Sequence record: SRR22947725_1190
Length of the DNA: 44,373 nucleotides
Direction: 5' to 3' (one strand)
Part shown: positions 40,052 through 44,373 of the stretch, in pieces
Layout: each line of letters starts with the position of its first letter
Position numbering within the stretch: the stretch's first letter is position 1
Made by a program: the position numbers and the translations under genes
The notes under the pieces: generated by a model
The model's database searches: none
Told to the model about the DNA's origin: nothing
Seen by the model: only the letters and a program-made list of their open reading frames with translations

Positions 40052-43000
40052 TGAAGATCAAGTAGAACAAATAGCCATCGATTGGTTCAAAGACTTAGGA
40101 TACGAATATCTTAACGGTTATGATATAGCCCCTGATGGTGACAATCCTCAAAGGAATAATTATGAAGAGGTTCTTCTACTTCAAAGACTTAGACCTGCAC
40201 TAGTCAAATTAAATTCCTCTTTGCCATCAACAGCAATCGATGATGCAATAGACAAAATAAGAAAGCATCAACACACTAGCCTAATCCAAAACAACAGAGC
40301 GTTTCATCAGATGCTTTTTGAAGGTGTTTCTGTGGAAGTCAAGGTGGATGACCAGACTCGAGGAGATCGCGTCAAGCTTATTGATTTTCATGACATTGAA
40401 AACAACGACTTTTTGATTGTGAATCAGTTCACTGTAAAGGGTACAAAGGGTCATCGAAGACCAGACATAGTTGTCTTTATTAATGGCATCCCATTGTCAG
40501 TCATTGAGCTTAAAAACCCTGCTGACGAGAAGGCAGATATTTTTAAGGCATATAATCAATTACAAACCTACAAGGATGAGGCTGAAGACCTGTTTGTCTA
40601 TAACGAGGCACTCGTCATCAGTGATGGTATCAATGCTCGAGTAGGCTCTTTGAGCGCTACGGAGGAGTGGTACATGTTCTGGCGCTCCATCAAGGATCAA
40701 GATGACACTCCGATCCTTGAATATGAATTAGAAACCCTTATCAAAGGGTTCTTTGATCGAGAACTGTTTTTAGACTATCTTCAAAACTTCATTATTTTTG
40801 AGAATGATGGCAAAAACATTATTAAAAAGATTGCGGGTCATCACCAATTCCATGCTGTTAGAGAGGCTGTTAACTGTGTCGTTGAGGCTTCAACCAGCCA
40901 AACCAGAAAGGGCGGTGTGGTGTGGCATACCCAGGGCTCTGGCAAGAGTATTTCCATGGTCTGTTTTGCTGGAAAGCTTACGAAACAAACTTTAATGAAG
41001 AATCCGACAATTCTAGTTGTAACTGATAGGAATGATCTCGATGGCCAGTTATACACTACGTTTTCTGACTCTGAGGCGCTACTTGGGCAGAGACCAGTGC
41101 AGATGGACAGTATCGATGAGCTCAGAGATACCTTAGAGGGTAGAGCGTCAGGCGGAATCATCTTTACAACGATCCAGAAATTCTCATTAAGGAAGACTGA
41201 AGAAACGTTCCCTGTCCTCAGCAGCAGAGAAAACATTATTGTGATCGCTGACGAGGCGCACAGAAGCCAGTACGGGTTTGACGCTATGCTGGATGCTGAC
41301 ACTGGATCCTTTAAGTATGGTTATGCGCAGAATCTCAGAGATGCGATACCTAACGCGACCTTTATCGGTTTTACGGGCACGCCCATTGAGCAGGAAGACA
41401 AGAGTACGCGCGCTGTATTTGGTGACTACATTTCGATATATGACATCGAGGATGCAGTCAGAGACGAGGCCACTGTTCCAATCTATTACGAGAGCAGAAT
41501 TGCCAAACTGAATCTTGATCAAAGCGCAGTCGATGAGATTGATGAGGATGTGGGGGATTTAGTGGGGGATGAAGAGCTCGCCGATAGAGAAAAATTCAAA
41601 ACGCGCTGGTCAGCCCTTGAAAAGTTAGTAGGTGCTGAGAACAGAATTAGAGAGGTTGCAACAGACCTAATTGATCACTTTGAGGGTAGAACGGCAGCAA
41701 TTGAAGGCAAGGGAATGATTGTTGCTATGAGCAGGCAAATAGCAGTTGATCTTTATGATGCTATCGTCAAATTAAGACCTCAATGGCATAACGAGGACCC
41801 AAACAAAGGCTTTATAAAAATTATTATGACTGGATCAGCTAGTGATGAAGCTAACATGCAAAAACACCTCTATAACAAACAGACAAAGAAGGATATTGAA
41901 AAAAGATTCAAAGACCCAAAAGATGAAATGAAACTCGTTATTGTGAGAGACATGTGGTTGACCGGGTTTGATGCTCCGTGCGTGCATACAATGTATGTCG
42001 ATAAGCCGATGAAGTCCCACAACTTGATGCAAGCTATTGCTAGAGTGAATAGGGTCTTTAGAGACAAAAAAGGTGGAATCATTGTTGACTATATTGGTAT
42101 TGCAAATGAGCTTAAGAATGCACTCAAAGGTTACACGGGAGCAGGAGGCAAAGGGACGGGTACTGTTGACACTGCTGAAGCGCTCGCTCAATTCCTTGAA
42201 AGATTAGACATCGTCAGAGGGATGTTTCATGGCTTTGACTACTCCAGCTTTCCAAAACAGGCTCACATGCTCTTAGCTCCATCTGCAAACCATATCCTTT
42301 CTCTAGAGGATGGTAAAAAAAGATTCTTAGATCAAGTACTAGGACTCTCAAAGGCATTCAGTCTTTGCGCAACTTTGGATGAGGCTAAAGAAGCAAGAGA
42401 AGAGGTGGCATTCTTTCAGGCAGTAAAAGCGGTCATTCAGAAGGCTTCAAGAGCTCAAAGTAAGGGCGAAGATAAGAATGCAGTCATCAAACAAATCATT
42501 GATAACGCGGTTATCTCTGAAGGTGTGGAGGATATATTTGATTTCTTAGGGTTAGACAAACCAGACATTGGAATTCTATCTGATGAGTTTCTCCAAGATG
42601 TCTCCAATATGCCGCATAAAAACCTAGCGATAGAGCTCCTAGAGCGTCTCTTGAAGGATGACATTAAAGCTAAATGTAGGACCAACGTTGTCCAAGAAAA
42701 GAAGTTCAGTGACAAGTTACAAGCCTCATTGAATAAGTACCACAACAGGGCCATTGAAACAGCCCAGGTCATTGAGGAGTTAATCGAGATGGCTAAAGAG
42801 TTCACCAAAGAGATTAAAGAGAGAGATGATCTCGGTCTCAGTAATGACGAAATTGCTTTCTATGACGCACTTATTGATAACGAGAGTGCTGTTCGTGAAA
42901 TGCAAGATGAAACACTCAAACTAATCGCTCAAGAGCTTACTCAGAAGCTGCGCTCTAACGTTAAAGTGGATTGGCAAAAGAGAGACAGCGTGAGAGCTAA

Positions 43001-43127
43001 AATGAGAAACTTAATCCGAGTTACCTTGAAGAAGCACAAGTATCCTCCAGATAATCAGCCAGAGGCAATAGAGCTTGTTATGAGGCAGACCGAGGTTTTG
43101 AGTCATGAGTGGAGTTTGGCGAGTTAA
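40038..43127 (+). CDS. hsdR: Type I restriction endonuclease subunit R
   Basis: Nuclease RPDIV..IELKN, Walker A WHTQGSGKS, DEAH, FTGTP, MWLTGFDAP and QAIARVNR. Confidence 0.97.
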   Translation: MALIDEDQVEQIAIDWFKDLGYEYLNGYDIAPDGDNPQRNNYEEVLLLQRLRPALVKLNSSLPSTAIDDAIDKIRKHQHTSLIQNNRAFHQMLFEGVSVEVKVDDQTRGDRVKLIDFHDIENNDFLIVNQFTVKGTKGHRRPDIVVFINGIPLSVIELKNPADEKADIFKAYNQLQTYKDEAEDLFVYNEALVISDGINARVGSLSATEEWYMFWRSIKDQDDTPILEYELETLIKGFFDRELFLDYLQNFIIFENDGKNIIKKIAGHHQFHAVREAVNCVVEASTSQTRKGGVVWHTQGSGKSISMVCFAGKLTKQTLMKNPTILVVTDRNDLDGQLYTTFSDSEALLGQRPVQMDSIDELRDTLEGRASGGIIFTTIQKFSLRKTEETFPVLSSRENIIVIADEAHRSQYGFDAMLDADTGSFKYGYAQNLRDAIPNATFIGFTGTPIEQEDKSTRAVFGDYISIYDIEDAVRDEATVPIYYESRIAKLNLDQSAVDEIDEDVGDLVGDEELADREKFKTRWSALEKLVGAENRIREVATDLIDHFEGRTAAIEGKGMIVAMSRQIAVDLYDAIVKLRPQWHNEDPNKGFIKIIMTGSASDEANMQKHLYNKQTKKDIEKRFKDPKDEMKLVIVRDMWLTGFDAPCVHTMYVDKPMKSHNLMQAIARVNRVFRDKKGGIIVDYIGIANELKNALKGYTGAGGKGTGTVDTAEALAQFLERLDIVRGMFHGFDYSSFPKQAHMLLAPSANHILSLEDGKKRFLDQVLGLSKAFSLCATLDEAKEAREEVAFFQAVKAVIQKASRAQSKGEDKNAVIKQIIDNAVISEGVEDIFDFLGLDKPDIGILSDEFLQDVSNMPHKNLAIELLERLLKDDIKAKCRTNVVQEKKFSDKLQASLNKYHNRAIETAQVIEELIEMAKEFTKEIKERDDLGLSNDEIAFYDALIDNESAVREMQDETLKLIAQELTQKLRSNVKVDWQKRDSVRAKMRNLIRVTLKKHKYPPDNQPEAIELVMRQTEVLSHEWSLAS

Positions 43128-43240
43128 CCTGCTGGTCTGATAGTCTTTAGTTTGAATATCTCTGTTTCTATTTAATCTTTTTTTGATAAGTGAAATTTCA
43201 ATATCACTTTAATTATTTTTGTATCTGTGGGTAATGCTCT

Positions 43241-43606
43241 TTAAAACCCATTCACTTTATTATTTTCATTTTCCTTTTTATTTTCATTTATATTTACATT
43301 AGGTTATTTGTTTTGAAACCATAGGTTTTAATACTTTAACCTGATACTTCTTGGTCTTCCTCCCTTCTTTCCATTCTCTCTTTTTTTGATATTAGCATCA
43401 ATTTGAGGCTTTATAAGTGCGAACATTGCCTCAATTTTTAAATCCATTTCAATCGTAATGTCGAATAAACTGTAATTACAAATAGCTTCTATATATTGAA
43501 TCTTCTCCTTATCGTTAAGATAACTCATTGCTTGGTAAAAACTATCATAAAAAACAAAAGATTTGCGATTAACAATAGCTTCCTCTAAAAACTTCTCTAA
43601 ACTCAT
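43241..43606 (-). pseudogene. DUF6291-like phage replication initiator, truncated (92-aa ORF 43328-43606) with an in-frame tail after two TAA stops
   Basis: KSFVFYDSF...AICNY...FALIKPQIDAN...ENGKKGGRP. The frame continues *NLWFQNK*PNVNINENKKENENNKVNGF* (stops at 43328, 43304 and 43241), matching the PNxNxNEN tail I recall for this family. Confidence 0.68.
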
Positions 43607-43797
43607 GACTCCTCCCTTAATTGTAATTTTTCATTGATGTATTCAAGTACTTCTGATTCGCTCCATCGTGCACTTCTCTCAGATACCATGATCTGCTTTG
43701 GAAACTGACCTTTCTTCATGAGGCGATAGATTGTTGGAACACTCAGCGTTGTGATTTCTATGACTGTATCCAGCTTTATAAGTCTAGGGTAATCCAT
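43603..43797 (-). CDS. alpA: AlpA-family regulator / excisionase
   Basis: 64 aa, RLIKLDTVIEITTLSVPTIYRLMKKGQFPKQI..RSARWSESEV. ATG 43797 has SD AAGGAG; ATGA overlap with the downstream rep gene. Confidence 0.92.
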   Translation of the reverse strand: MDYPRLIKLDTVIEITTLSVPTIYRLMKKGQFPKQIMVSERSARWSESEVLEYINEKLQLREES

Positions 43798-44206
43798 TGC
43801 TTTCTCCTTTGAATGGGTCGACATATCCTTCCTCGTCCTGCTCTCCAGGGTAGTGAGGAATTGGGGAGTGAATGAGAACGGTCTTGATCTCATCTCGCTT
43901 GGTATCTATTTTGTCAGTCCACTGGAAGCGATTCTTCATGTTCATGTACCAGCCGCGATAGTTGAACTTGGTGTTTTCTAAGTTAATTCTTCCTATCTTC
44001 TCCCACCATGCCTGAGAGAGTAACTTACCCTTCGCTATGGACTCAGAAAACTCCTCATTCTTCTTCTTCCACCGATAGAAGGTGTCTTCGGTAATATCTA
44101 TCTCAGCCATCACCTCAATTTGGCTGGCTCCTTCTCGCATCATCTCTTCTAGGATGGTGCACATTTCTGACCTGTATTTGGTGGGTCGACCTTGTTTTTT
44201 ATTCAT
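43784..44206 (-). CDS. Phage terminase small subunit-like protein
   Basis: N-terminal GRPTKY, HTH (GASQIEVMAEIDITEDTFYRW..NEEFSE), and AWWEKIGR..NMKNRF.W.DK, the pattern I recall for TerS-like proteins. Confidence 0.72.
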   Translation of the reverse strand: MNKKQGRPTKYRSEMCTILEEMMREGASQIEVMAEIDITEDTFYRWKKKNEEFSESIAKGKLLSQAWWEKIGRINLENTKFNYRGWYMNMKNRFQWTDKIDTKRDEIKTVLIHSPIPHYPGEQDEEGYVDPFKGESNGLP

Positions 44207-44373
44207 AATTTCTAATATAAACCACTAAATGCAACTTAATTGGTAATGACCTTGTTAATGAGGTTCAATACTTCTATAAAGACTATTCTGGTATCGATTA
44301 TTAATTTACACCACAAACTGTAAGTTAATTTTCGTTAGGTCTTTAAGCTTCAATAAATCAATTTACACTAGCA

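Larger units (their letters stand above)
33788..44373. mobile_element. tRNA-Ser-integrated element, phage-satellite-like (PICI/tycheposon-like), carrying a type I RM system; continues beyond the window
   Basis: P4-type integrase immediately 3' of the tRNA, arm-type repeats, and AlpA, TerS-like and DUF6291-like rep genes. No second att copy was seen in the window. Confidence 0.85.

Noticed and set aside
349-42808. Many short ORFs in the track that lie antisense or out of frame within larger genes (e.g. 349-555, 3557-3790, 29594-29884, 40841-41302, 42455-42808)
   Set aside because: They are shadows of well-supported genes and have no recognisable motifs.
43304-43330. TAA recoding or read-through in the rep gene
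   Set aside because: TAA terminates many neighbouring genes, including hsdM and hsdR, so nonsense mutation is the simpler explanation.
43798-43893. N-terminal extension of AlpA given in the ORF track (start 43893)
   Set aside because: It lies inside the TerS-like gene. ATG 43797 has a strong SD and gives a typical 64-aa AlpA.
1-44373. CRISPR array, rRNA or IS transposase
   Set aside because: No regularly spaced 23-47-bp repeats, rRNA-like sequence or transposase motifs were seen.
33760-44373. Second att copy (duplicated tRNA-Ser 3' end)
   Set aside because: No repeat of TTCGAATCCCATTCCCTCCACCA was seen by eye in the window, so the right boundary cannot be placed.

Overview
AT-rich, gene-dense bacterial chromosome segment. 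The gene set and order look gammaproteobacterial, and the streamlining suggests a marine SUP05/Thioglobaceae-like lineage; the taxonomy is inference only. There are three blocks. (1) 1-14.8 kb is a sugar-utilisation cluster: the end of a Gts-like glucose-family ABC transporter, an aldo/keto reductase, a LacI repressor divergent from a second complete sugar ABC transporter with a GH1 beta-glucosidase, then gnd-zwf-pgl-cupin-glk. The binding-protein and gnd promoters share a triple 10-bp repeat. A LacI-type operator has a near-perfect copy inside the lacI gene itself. (2) 14.8-33.8 kb is housekeeping: a short CbiX/SirB chelatase, hemH, slyD, rsgA, an M48 peptidase, ilvE, aroK, a TolC-family protein, a lipid A acyltransferase, cysE-iscRSUA-hscBA-fdx, apbC, a short metG and tRNA-Ser(GGA). 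(3) From 33.8 kb to the window end is an integrative element at the tRNA-Ser 3' end. It carries an intact P4-type tyrosine integrase with arm-site repeats, then cargo: an unknown 365-aa protein, an XRE regulator with its own operator, and a complete type I RM system (hsdM-S-R). A convergent, translationally coupled operon follows, encoding a terminase-small-subunit-like protein, AlpA and a DUF6291-like replication initiator broken by two in-frame stops. This looks like a phage satellite (PICI/tycheposon-like) with an atypical gene order and defence cargo. Its far end (attR) is not in the window.
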